From Candidatus Latescibacterota bacterium (GTDB taxonomy: Bacteria > Latescibacterota > UBA2968 > UBA8231): DNA of 64,000 nucleotides. The first letter of the stretch is position 1, and every line of letters starts with the position of its first letter. A model generated the notes under the pieces. That model was not told the DNA's origin and did no database searches. It saw only the letters and a program-made list of their open reading frames with translations. The position numbers and the translations under genes were made by a program. Positions 20,504-29,073 of the stretch are shown piece after piece. The stretch covers positions 6,560,001-6,624,000 of the forward strand of contig CBDETY010000003.1 of NCBI GenBank assembly GCA_965243025.1, in the 5' to 3' direction.

Positions 20504-21754
20504 TCAGGGCCCCAGGGCGCGGATGGGGATCACTCCCACGTCCCCGGGTCCGGCGGTACCGTACCCCTTCGGCACGATCACCGCGAGGGCCGATGGCCTG
20601 TCGTGGTCGCTTTGCTCCATCCGGCTGGCCAGTCTGCGAAGGTTCCTGGCGCCGTCTTCCACCCAGCGTTCGCCCAGCTTGATCTCGAACGCCGCCCAGC
20701 GTCCATCCGCGGCCTCGACAATGGCGTCCACTTCCAGCCCCTCCTTCTCCCGGTAGTGGAACACCTGGGCGTCCGCGGCCTGGGCGTACACTCGCAGGTC
20801 GCGGATGACCATGGACTCGAACAGAAGACCGAGGAACTCCAGGTCGGCCGTCAGGCGGGAGGGCGTGGCTCGCATTGCGGCAACCGCCAGCGAGGGATCG
20901 ACGAAATGTCTGACGGGCGTTTCCCGAAGGGTCGTGCGGGACCGCAGATGAGGGGACCATGCCGGCTGGTTTTCCACCACCATGAGCCGGTCCAGGGCGT
21001 CGATGTACGCGGCAACCGTGTCCGCCTTCAGGGGTGCGTTGTTGTCGCCGACCTCGGCGGTCAGCTTCGACATGGCAACGGGCGTGGCGATGTTGCGCGC
21101 CAGCGACCGCAGCAGGCGTCCCACCTTGACCGGATCCCGTGTTTTTCCACTGACCGTCGATACATCCGTGCGACGTATCTCGTCGAGGTAGGCGCGGTTC
21201 GCGCGCAAGGTCTGCGACAGCGCCTTGCCGATGTTGGCCGGCCAGCCGCCTGCGCAAACAAGCTCGGCGACGGCCGCGATCGACAGCCCGGATTGCTTCG
21301 CTCGCTGTTCCGAGCCGTCCAGGAGGCGCTGCAAGGAGATTTCCCCAGTGGAGTGACCGGTCTCGTACAGCGACATCGGGCGCATGCGCAGCCGGGCGAA
21401 ACGGCCGGCGCCGGTATGGCGGGTGATCTCGTCGGCGGGAACCGCCGAACCGGTGAGTATGAACTGGCCGGGAGCAGCCCGCCGGTCGACGGCCCTGCGC
21501 ACATGGTTCCAGACGACGGGTTCGAGTTGCCACTCGTCAATCAGTCGCGGCGTGTCTCCGCTCAATACAGCTTCCGGATCTGCGCCGATCATGCGCCGGG
21601 CGTTGTCGTCGACGTCCAGCAGAACTTCGCTTCGGGCCGCCTGCATGGCGGTAGCCGTCTTCCCGGATGCCTTGGGCCCTTCTACAAGGACCGCACCGGA
21701 GGCTCCAAGCAACTCCGCCAGTTCGGCATCGACGATTCGCGGCAGGTATGTCAT
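20504..21754 (-). CDS. AAA+ ATPase with DUF4143 and C-terminal PD-(D/E)xK-like domain
   Basis: Walker A GPKASGKT, Walker B LIDEWQ, FILTGS, HFVDPSL, LFES and EVDAIVE...AFEIK. Likely start MTYLPR at 21754. Confidence 0.9.
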   Translation of the reverse strand: MTYLPRIVDAELAELLGASGAVLVEGPKASGKTATAMQAARSEVLLDVDDNARRMIGADPEAVLSGDTPRLIDEWQLEPVVWNHVRRAVDRRAAPGQFILTGSAVPADEITRHTGAGRFARLRMRPMSLYETGHSTGEISLQRLLDGSEQRAKQSGLSIAAVAELVCAGGWPANIGKALSQTLRANRAYLDEIRRTDVSTVSGKTRDPVKVGRLLRSLARNIATPVAMSKLTAEVGDNNAPLKADTVAAYIDALDRLMVVENQPAWSPHLRSRTTLRETPVRHFVDPSLAVAAMRATPSRLTADLEFLGLLFESMVIRDLRVYAQAADAQVFHYREKEGLEVDAIVEAADGRWAAFEIKLGERWVEDGARNLRRLASRMEQSDHDRPSALAVIVPKGYGTAGPGDVGVIPIRALGP

Positions 21755-21819
21755 GGGTTGGCTGGCAGGCAAGACGTTTGGGTACAGTAGTCCCGACAAG
21801 CTTGCAGCGCAACTGCAAC

Positions 21820-21901
21820 GGGTGATTCGGCGCAACTGTAGAGGGTGATTCGGCGGTCTATCAGCGGGTGATTCGGCGGAGGATCAGCGGGTGGTTCGGA
21901 G
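21820..21901. repeat. 23-bp-period direct repeat array (13-bp core GGGTGATTCGGCG)
   Basis: Cores at 21820, 21843 and 21866 are identical; the core at 21889 (GGGTGGTTCGGAG) has 2 mismatches. Linkers are 10 bp and variable. Confidence 0.9.
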
Positions 21902-21950
21902 GTGGAGGTGGGAACCGGGAATCACCGGATCCCGGAACCGGCCCTTCCGG

Positions 21951-22433
21951 TCAAGGTCCGTTCACTTCTGGTTCCAGCATCCACGCGACAAACCTTTCGA
22001 CGTGGTCGCGAAATGCCGCGAGAGTCTCGGGCAACCCTTTTTCCAGGGAGGCCATCCGCTCCGCTTCCAACACCCCGCCGTAAACATTCCGGAACACGTG
22101 CCGAAAACGGAGGTACTCGCCGAGCGTCCGGGCAAGGCCCTGGTCGATAACCGCCGGCCTGACCTCGGGAATGTCGAGCGTCATATCGTCGACCAGGTCC
22201 CGGTCCCACTGATCACCTCGCGGAACCCCGCCGTTGAGAACGGGTGCTATGCGTATGAAGACGCGTTCAAAGCCGTTGTAGAAATCGTGCAGAATCGAGC
22301 CGCGAGCCCGCAGGGAATAGATGTCGTCCTGTTGTGGGGCATTGGCGAGCTCCTCCCCCAGGGCCGACAGGCTCGCAAGCTCGGATTCGATTTCCGCGGC
22401 GAGCCGTCTGGCCAGAACCTCTTCCATCCTCAC
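21951..22433 (-). CDS. HEPN (HepT-like) RNase toxin
   Basis: LHDFYNGFERVF, RPAVI and YLRFRHVFRNVYG; directly downstream of an MNT gene with GTGA overlap. Confidence 0.8.
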   Translation of the reverse strand: MRMEEVLARRLAAEIESELASLSALGEELANAPQQDDIYSLRARGSILHDFYNGFERVFIRIAPVLNGGVPRGDQWDRDLVDDMTLDIPEVRPAVIDQGLARTLGEYLRFRHVFRNVYGGVLEAERMASLEKGLPETLAAFRDHVERFVAWMLEPEVNGP

Positions 22434-22765
22434 AGCTCGACTCCGGTATCATTTACGACCCGACGAAGGGAGGCCGTGGCCACTTCCAGGGCGGTCAGGT
22501 CAAGCCTGAAATCGGTCATGGCCGCAGCACCGGCAGACACCGAATAGAATTGACCCGGTTCGATTCCCTCGACTACGAGATCGATATCAGAGCGATCGGT
22601 GAACGGCCGGGCCGGCTCGAAAACGGATCCGATGCCGACTACCCGGCTGGCGCCCTGCTTGACCAGCCAGGCAGAGATGCGTTGCGCATCTGCCAGCGCC
22701 AGCTGCCGGTCGCCGGACTCGAAGTGGGTAGCCCTGATGTGGTTGAGAAGAGTGCTGCGGTCCAT
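22430..22765 (-). CDS. Minimal nucleotidyltransferase (MNT) antitoxin
   Basis: GS...SDIDL (GS-x11-DxD) motif; 111 aa. Confidence 0.85.
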   Translation of the reverse strand: MDRSTLLNHIRATHFESGDRQLALADAQRISAWLVKQGASRVVGIGSVFEPARPFTDRSDIDLVVEGIEPGQFYSVSAGAAAMTDFRLDLTALEVATASLRRVVNDTGVEL

Positions 22766-22875
22766 ACCCTGAATCTACACGATGGCAATCAGGTGGCGAC
22801 AATTCCACCGGGTAACCGGATTTGGTTATTGCCTTGGAGACGGTCATGCGGAAGACGTCTTTATGAAGGTTTTCA

Positions 22876-22904
22876 TTGACATGGGACGTCTGGACGTCTA
22901 TTGT
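22876..22904 (+). promoter_or_regulatory. Sigma70 promoter of the MTase, with two GACGTC palindromes in its spacer
   Basis: TTGACA(22876)-N17-TATTGT(22899). GACGTC occurs at 22885 and 22893, and also at 22854. Confidence 0.7.
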
Positions 22905-22936
22905 GGACCGTCACAGAAAAAAGGAAAGAAGATTTC

Positions 22937-24073
22937 ATGAGATATGCTCCTGGAAAGGTTCGCGATGCCATCCTGCAGGTCTTGGCCACCTCGCCCGAAG
23001 GACTGCCTGTCAGCCAGATAGAGAAACGGGTAGCCCAGTCGATCGGGCCGACTCCCGGGTCCTCGATAAGGTCATGCTTGCGGCTCAAAACGCCGGAAAC
23101 TTTCATCAGGGAGGAACGCGGGGTCTACAGGGTGAGGCCCGAGGTCCTGGCGGACTTTCAGGGCGACCTACAGATCGACGCCGAGCCATGGCGGCAGCCA
23201 TTTTTCTTCGGCCGAACCGCATTGATCCATGGTGACTGCTTCGCCTGGCTGGAGGAGCGAAAAAACAACAGCATCCATGCCGTCGTCACTGACCCTCCGT
23301 ACGGACTGCATGAGTACACACCCCAACAACAGCTGAAGATGCGGCAGGGAATGGGGGGCGTGTGGCGGATTCCGCCCTCCTTCGATGGCCATGCGCGCTC
23401 CCCGTTGCCCAGGTTCACCGTTCTTTCCGACCAGCAACGCGATCAGCTGGGCCGGTTCTTCACCCTCTGGGGCCGGCTCCTGCTGCCCAAACTCGTTCCC
23501 GGGGCGAACGTCGTTGTCGCCTCGAACCCCCTCCTCGTCCATATCGTGGCAGGGGCGCTGGAAGAAGCCGGCATGGAGTGCCGAGGCAGCATCACCAGAC
23601 TGGTCATGACCATGCGGGGCGGCGACAGGCCGAAGGCCGCTCACGAGGAGTTCAGCGATGTGAGCGTGATGCCGCGTTCGATGTGGGAGCCCTGGATCGT
23701 CTTCAGGAGGCCTGTCGAGGGACGAGTGCAGGACAATCTGCGGAAGTGGAAGACCGGCGGTTTCCGGCGCCCATCCGAGGACAAACCGTTCGGGGACGTG
23801 ATCAAGTCCGCCCCTACCCGGAAGAACGAGCGTGCCCTTGCGCCGCATCCGAGCCTGAAACCGCAAGCCTTTCTCAGGCAACTGGTTCGCGGAGTCCTCC
23901 CGCTGAGGGAGGGTGTCGTCCTGGACCCGTTCGCCGGCGCCGGTTCAACTCTCGCAGCGGCCGAAGCGGTCGGGTACGAGAGCATCGGCATCGAGAAGGA
24001 TCCCCACTATTTCGATGTAGGGGTTCACGCAGTTCCCGCACTCTGCGCCTTCGAACCGAACGGACGGCCTTAG
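22937..24073 (+). CDS. Beta-class N6-A/N4-C DNA methyltransferase with N-terminal wHTH-like extension
   Basis: IHGDC, VTDPPY (motif IV) preceding HPSLKP and LDPFAGAGST (motif I); about 65-aa N-terminal helical extension. Confidence 0.92.
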   Translation: MRYAPGKVRDAILQVLATSPEGLPVSQIEKRVAQSIGPTPGSSIRSCLRLKTPETFIREERGVYRVRPEVLADFQGDLQIDAEPWRQPFFFGRTALIHGDCFAWLEERKNNSIHAVVTDPPYGLHEYTPQQQLKMRQGMGGVWRIPPSFDGHARSPLPRFTVLSDQQRDQLGRFFTLWGRLLLPKLVPGANVVVASNPLLVHIVAGALEEAGMECRGSITRLVMTMRGGDRPKAAHEEFSDVSVMPRSMWEPWIVFRRPVEGRVQDNLRKWKTGGFRRPSEDKPFGDVIKSAPTRKNERALAPHPSLKPQAFLRQLVRGVLPLREGVVLDPFAGAGSTLAAAEAVGYESIGIEKDPHYFDVGVHAVPALCAFEPNGRP

Positions 24074-24690
24074 AGTTTGTATATCCAGTTCGAGCGCAGC
24101 TTCTTCACCCCATCCTTGTGCAGTGTGGCCGTCCTGGTGCCGAGTTCGCTACGCGGGTTCTTGCGGAAGTCGGTTGTGACCACGTTCCCGAGGTAAACCT
24201 CCCTGAACGACATCGCCGCTCGGTCCACGGCAGGTTCCCTCTCGGTATCCACCCCATAGACGAATACGCACATCCACTGCTCCCGCGCCCCGTGGGTGTC
24301 TACGGCGCCGCCCGCCTTCCGGGTAGTCTTGATCTCGATGCCGTCTTCCCCCGCCTTAACGGCATTCCCCGGATATCTTCCCTGCACGATCAGGTCGGGG
24401 TGGCCGTTGAAAAACCGGTTCTCTGTCAAGGTCCTCGAGTGCTTCGCGAGACTGGCAGTAATCATGTCCGACAGGACCCCGGACATGATCGCGGGGCGCA
24501 GCATGTCGTCGAGACGCTGTAGCCCCCTTCCTGCGAGGTGGGAGTTGACGTCGTAGAAGAAGTCGTAGACATCCTGCATCGCCATTTCGAAGTCCTTGAG
24601 ACGCAGCTCGTATGGCAGGGCTGCCTCCGGGTTGAACCTGCTCGAGTCAACTTCGTTTCGTTCGATCGCCACCTCGTTTGCTCCATCCAA
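24070..24690 (-). CDS. Putative type II restriction endonuclease (PD-(D/E)xK)
   Basis: HPDLI...GIEIK motif; convergent with, and overlapping, the MTase by 4 bp. Confidence 0.7.
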   Translation of the reverse strand: MDGANEVAIERNEVDSSRFNPEAALPYELRLKDFEMAMQDVYDFFYDVNSHLAGRGLQRLDDMLRPAIMSGVLSDMITASLAKHSRTLTENRFFNGHPDLIVQGRYPGNAVKAGEDGIEIKTTRKAGGAVDTHGAREQWMCVFVYGVDTEREPAVDRAAMSFREVYLGNVVTTDFRKNPRSELGTRTATLHKDGVKKLRSNWIYKL

Positions 24691-24773
24691 GATATCGTGG
24701 GACCACCTGTCCCTGTTCCATCAATGCAATTGCTGGAAAGGTATTCCAAATCAAGCGCTGTAAACCCAAGATG

Positions 24774-25823
24774 TCACCCCCGACCGTTATCCCTAAACCA
24801 TGGGGAGAGGTTGATCGCCGTATCCTGCAGGGTCTCGCAGTCAATTTGTCCCTCAAGCGCTGCAAGGACTTCAACCAAGTCCTCTTGGTTGGGTTGACCG
24901 AGGGATAACCGGTACCAGAATCGCTGTGTCTGTATCCATTGTAACCAGTGCATCTGCTCACTCGCAGGGACATCAAACACGTAACGTCGAACGCGTCCGT
25001 CCGGAAACACCCACCAGGGTGCCAAGCCGGACTCGTCGGCCAAACGTCCTTCGGCCAAGCGCTGGATTGCCACCCAGGGACTTTCTTCAGTTCTGCGTTC
25101 GCACCGGATGTCTTCTCCCAGCTTACGCACAATCGCTCGCCGGATGGCGAGTCCGCCGTACCGTTGAATCCGGCCTTCCCTCTGCTCGAGGTCAACAGGG
25201 TTTCGGCATAGGTCCCAGTGGACAACTGTGTCACACCAAGCATGGAAGTCGAGTCCTTCTTGACCGACAGATGTCGTCGTGAGCACATAGGGCCAGAATG
25301 GAGTATTGAACGCCTTGCGAAGCTCGTCGGTGCGGATCGGCCGCACGAAACTTTCCGTAGCCCTCGTCTCGTGGGCATAGGCCGCCCGCCCCTCGGCAAA
25401 CGGCATGGCGACATGGCACCGCAATGAAAAGGCATCATCCTTCTTGGCAAGGGGGTGAAGAAAGAAAAGTCCCATCTTGAGGCTCAGCCCATCCCGTAAT
25501 TCCTCCGCCAGCTGCTGTTCACTCAAACTCCGCAGCTGAGACGTGATCCACAGATGTTCGTCCAGGACCGACTCAAGGTTTCCCTCCAGGACCGCTCTGC
25601 GAATCACATCCGGGTACTTTTCCTTCCTGCGGCGCAGTGCCTCAAAGAACCAACGTTGATCTAGGTAGTTACGGAGTCCGCTCCATGCTGCTTCCAAAAC
25701 GTGCTCATAACCGTGTTCACCAACCGCTCCCATCCAGTGGCGATAAAGTGCGCGGCCGACGACGACGCCCGGTGCTGAGAGGGCGTGGCTAACAAGTGAA
25801 TCCAATGCGGAAGGCCGGATGCT
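24774..25823 (-). pseudogene. C-terminal part (Helicase_C) of the IS3-interrupted SNF2-like helicase
   Basis: AFNTPFWPYVLTTTSVGQEGLDFH (motif V) and EQREGRIQR (motif VI). Rejoins the N-terminal part in frame once the IS is removed. Confidence 0.88.
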
Positions 25824-25886
25824 CTTGTGGAGTTGACCCGATTTCGTGGACACTTCATTTCTTGAAAGAAAGGAGGGTGTCCAACC

Positions 25887-26201
25887 ATGCCGAAATCCCA
25901 TTCCCCTTATCCGCCCGAATTCCGGCAACAGATGGTGGAACTGGTACGGGCGGGTCGTAGTCCGGAGTCGCTGGCCAAGGAATTCGAGCCGTCCGGGCAG
26001 ACGATCCGCAACTGGGTGATCCAGGCCGAACGCGATGAGGGGGTGCGCCGCGACGGCCCCTCCCGTCCGGAGCAGGAGGAATTGCGGCGCCTTCGCCGTG
26101 AGAACAAGCAACTGCGTATCGAACGGGAGATCCTGGCAAAAGCCACGGCCTGGTTCGCTCGCGAGGCCGACTCGGAGTCCGGCCCGTCTACGAGTTCATG
26201 A
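25887..26201 (+). CDS. IS3 transposase OrfA (HTH)
   Basis: YPPEFRQQMVEL...TIRNW...EELRRLRRENKQLRIEREILAKA. AAAAG at 26138-26142, with the -1 frame open into OrfB. Confidence 0.92.
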   Translation: MPKSHSPYPPEFRQQMVELVRAGRSPESLAKEFEPSGQTIRNWVIQAERDEGVRRDGPSRPEQEELRRLRRENKQLRIEREILAKATAWFAREADSESGPSTSS

Positions 26202-27082
26202 GAGCGCACCAGGCCGACTTTCCGGTGCTGACGATGTGCCGCGTGCTGAAGGTCTCCCCCAGCGGCTACTACGCCTGGTTGAAACGCCCGCCTTCGGGTC
26301 GCGCCCGGGCCGATGCCGTGCTCAAGGCACGTGTCGAGCAGATCCACCAACACTCCCGGGGCACTTATGGAGCGCCGAGGATCCGGGCCGAACTGGCCGA
26401 GGAGGGCCAAGCCATCGGTCGCAAGCGCATCGCCCGATTGATGCTTGAGCTCGGGGTGCGCGGGGTATGCGCCCGCCGCCGCCTCTCCACCACCCGTCGC
26501 GGCCGGCAGGGCCGGGTCGCCTCCGACCTGGTCAAGCGGGTGTTTTCGGTCTCCGGCCCGAATCGCCTGTGGGTTGCCGATCTCACCTACATTCCCACGA
26601 GGTCGGGGTTTTTGTATCTGAGCGTGGTCATGGACGCCTGGAGCCGCCGAGTGGTGGGCTGGGCCATGGCGAACCATATGCGTACGCAGTTGGTGCTGGA
26701 CGCCCTTGACATGGCCCTGCACCGGCGCCGTCCCAAGAAAGTGATTCACCACTCCGACCACGGCAGTCAGTATACGGCCCTGGCCTTCGGGAAGCGCTGT
26801 CGCCAGGCCGGGGTACGTCCGTCGATGGGATCGGTCGGTGACTGCTTCGACAATGCTCTGTGCGAAAGCTTTTTCGCCACCTTGGAAAGGGAGCTGCTGG
26901 ATCGTCATCGGTTTGCTACCCAGTCGCAAGCCCAGCGTACGGTTTTCGAATACCTGGAAGGCTGGTACAACCCCCATCGGCGGCACTCGGCCCTGGGACA
27001 ACGATCTCCCATCAACTACGAGAGGTATCATTTATCAAGGGGTATAAATCCAAACGGAAAACTGTCCGTGAAATCGGGGTAA
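26198..27082 (+). CDS. IS3 transposase OrfB (DDE integrase core)
   Basis: WVADLTY, HHSDHGSQY and DNALCESFF...E motifs. Confidence 0.95.
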   Translation: MRAHQADFPVLTMCRVLKVSPSGYYAWLKRPPSGRARADAVLKARVEQIHQHSRGTYGAPRIRAELAEEGQAIGRKRIARLMLELGVRGVCARRRLSTTRRGRQGRVASDLVKRVFSVSGPNRLWVADLTYIPTRSGFLYLSVVMDAWSRRVVGWAMANHMRTQLVLDALDMALHRRRPKKVIHHSDHGSQYTALAFGKRCRQAGVRPSMGSVGDCFDNALCESFFATLERELLDRHRFATQSQAQRTVFEYLEGWYNPHRRHSALGQRSPINYERYHLSRGINPNGKLSVKSG

Positions 27083-27087
27083 CCTCA

Positions 27088-29073
27088 CTTGATCTCCATC
27101 TGAGCCTCTTTGTTCCAGTCCGCGAGGAGCTGTGTCAGACCACCATCAGACGTGTCGAATCGGTTCAACTTGCAGTTCATTTCCATCCAGGCTCGCTGCA
27201 CGTACGGCCAATTGCCAGCGCGAGCTTCCAACCGAGCGATAAGCTTCCAAATCGGAAGATTTGGGCTCCTTGATCCGATACCAACGTCAAGGTCGCGGAG
27301 CAACTGGCGCACCTGTTGCCGAAGGTGCCTACGCACACTGGCTCGATTGCGCTCATCTGCAGCCAGGGGCTCTGTTTTTTCTACGAGCAAAGGAGATGGG
27401 TGGAACAATGCTAGCAAAGCATGGCGCCCATCGGTCGCGCGTAGCAGCCGGCGCTTCGTTACATCCGGATAGGCTACCCGCTCGCCACGGAGGTGGCTTG
27501 TCTCCAGATCGTAACTCAGGATCGATGCCACCGCTTGGGGCACTGCGCGGAACCGACTGAATACCAACGCTTTCGAGGGCTGGGTGCCTTCATGTTTCCA
27601 CTTACCGCCCAGCTCCCACCAAGGGTTGGATGGCGTAAGCCAAGGGGTCACCGCGGTATCTGGTGAGAAGAGTTGCTTCATCGCCCGTAGCCGTGGATGG
27701 GGCCACCGCAACGGGCGTTTGTATCGGTTGCGCATTGCTTCGTCCAACCGGGCAACGCCATCAGCCTGCATGTCTATTGCAGCCTTCCAAGCAACGTAGT
27801 GGCTTCCCATCGACTGCATCGGAAGAGGGATCGAAGTCCAGTACGGGACGGCCGAGGAACGGTGGCTATCGCTGAAACATCTGCTCATGTGCTTGAAGAT
27901 TACGAGATCTTCGGCAGTAATGGGTGATTCCAGGGGACGTGTTGTTTCTTCCGCCCGTCCAAGTGGATGCGACGAGCGCTCTGTTCGGACCATGACTTGG
28001 CGGAGCAATTCCTCTGCGCGAAGCCTCGCAGTACGGGCTGCCTCGCTTCCAGGATCACCCCTGCGAAGCTCACTTTCTATAGTAGCGAATGCTTCCTCGC
28101 ATGATCGACGTTTCTTTTTTGCCTTCGAAGTCCCGCCGAAAAGGAATTCGACGAGCTCGAAGAACTCTGCGTGGTGAGAGCTACCCGATGCCTCTTCGAC
28201 ACGCCGCGAGTAGAGCCGGTAGGGTGTTGCGGACAGCAGGAGCAGAGCTGGCGGAGCCTGCGAATCATCTCCACGCAAGCGGCCCATAACCCGTTGTGCC
28301 GCTTCGTCCTGTTCAGAGTCCAAAACGTCTTTGAAACGCTGAAACTCGTCAAAAATAACTAGGTCGGGTTTAAGCTTCTCGATCGCACTTGCGGCAAGTG
28401 CATTTCGAAGGTGGGCAATTAAATCGAGCTCATCGAGCTCAAGGCTACGCACACGGGCATCAGCATGCTCACCCTTTCCCAATCCAAACTCCTGGCGGAC
28501 TGATGTGCGAAAGGCGTTCTGCAGAGCAATGTTTCGTGCAAGCTCGCGTGCGCGTGGGATGTAATAATTCCCCCAGTACTGGCGCGCATTCCGCTTGAAC
28601 ACGCGACGTTTATATGCCTCGAAAAGCCAGGGAAAAGTCCTTTCGACCAAGGCATGAATGAGCGCGCGCTCGTCCTGCCGGCCATCCCGCCTCCTCCCTT
28701 TGCGCATTGGGAACGACGTGTCCGGTGTAAGTGAGAACAGACGGAGTGTCGGATGATCCGGCTCGTCGTCAGAGGTATTTAGCAGCGTCAGTCGATCAAC
28801 ATGGCATGTCGCCTTGTCTCGCTCCTCAAGGGGCAAAACCTCAAGCAGCTTTCTCCGATTCTGGGCAGCAATTGAGAGATTGCTGCAAAGGTAGAAGACG
28901 ACGAAAGGCTTGCTTCGCCGCCGCATCATCCGCCGAATCACCTGCTGGGCGACAATAGTCTTGCCGAGGCCCACCTCGTCGGCGACGAGGAACCGCCGAT
29001 ACCGCCGTCCCGCACGAAAGGCGTGCAACACCGCTTCAACAGTGGCCTCCTGGAAAGGCTTGACAGGCGTCAC
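27088..29073 (-). pseudogene. N-terminal part of a SNF2-like SF2 helicase interrupted by IS3
   Basis: LVADEVGLGKT (I), IFDEFQ (II), LLSATP (III) and LVFSRF (IV). The stop codon is supplied by the IS end. Confidence 0.88.

Larger units (their letters stand above)
25828..27087 (+). mobile_element. IS3-family insertion sequence, 1260 bp, apparently intact
   Basis: IRL TGGAGTTGACCCGATTTCGTGGACACT and IRR (reverse complement) TGAGGTTACCCCGATTTCACGGACAGT. 4-bp target duplication CTTG at 25824-25827 and 27088-27091. Confidence 0.95.

Noticed and set aside
21820-21901. CRISPR array interpretation of the repeat
   Set aside because: Repeats of 13 bp and spacers of 10 bp are far too short, two linkers share sequence, and there are no cas genes in the window.
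24774-26111. 445-aa ORF as a standalone helicase
   Set aside because: Its first ~95 aa are antisense IS3 sequence; the rest is the C-terminal half of the interrupted helicase.
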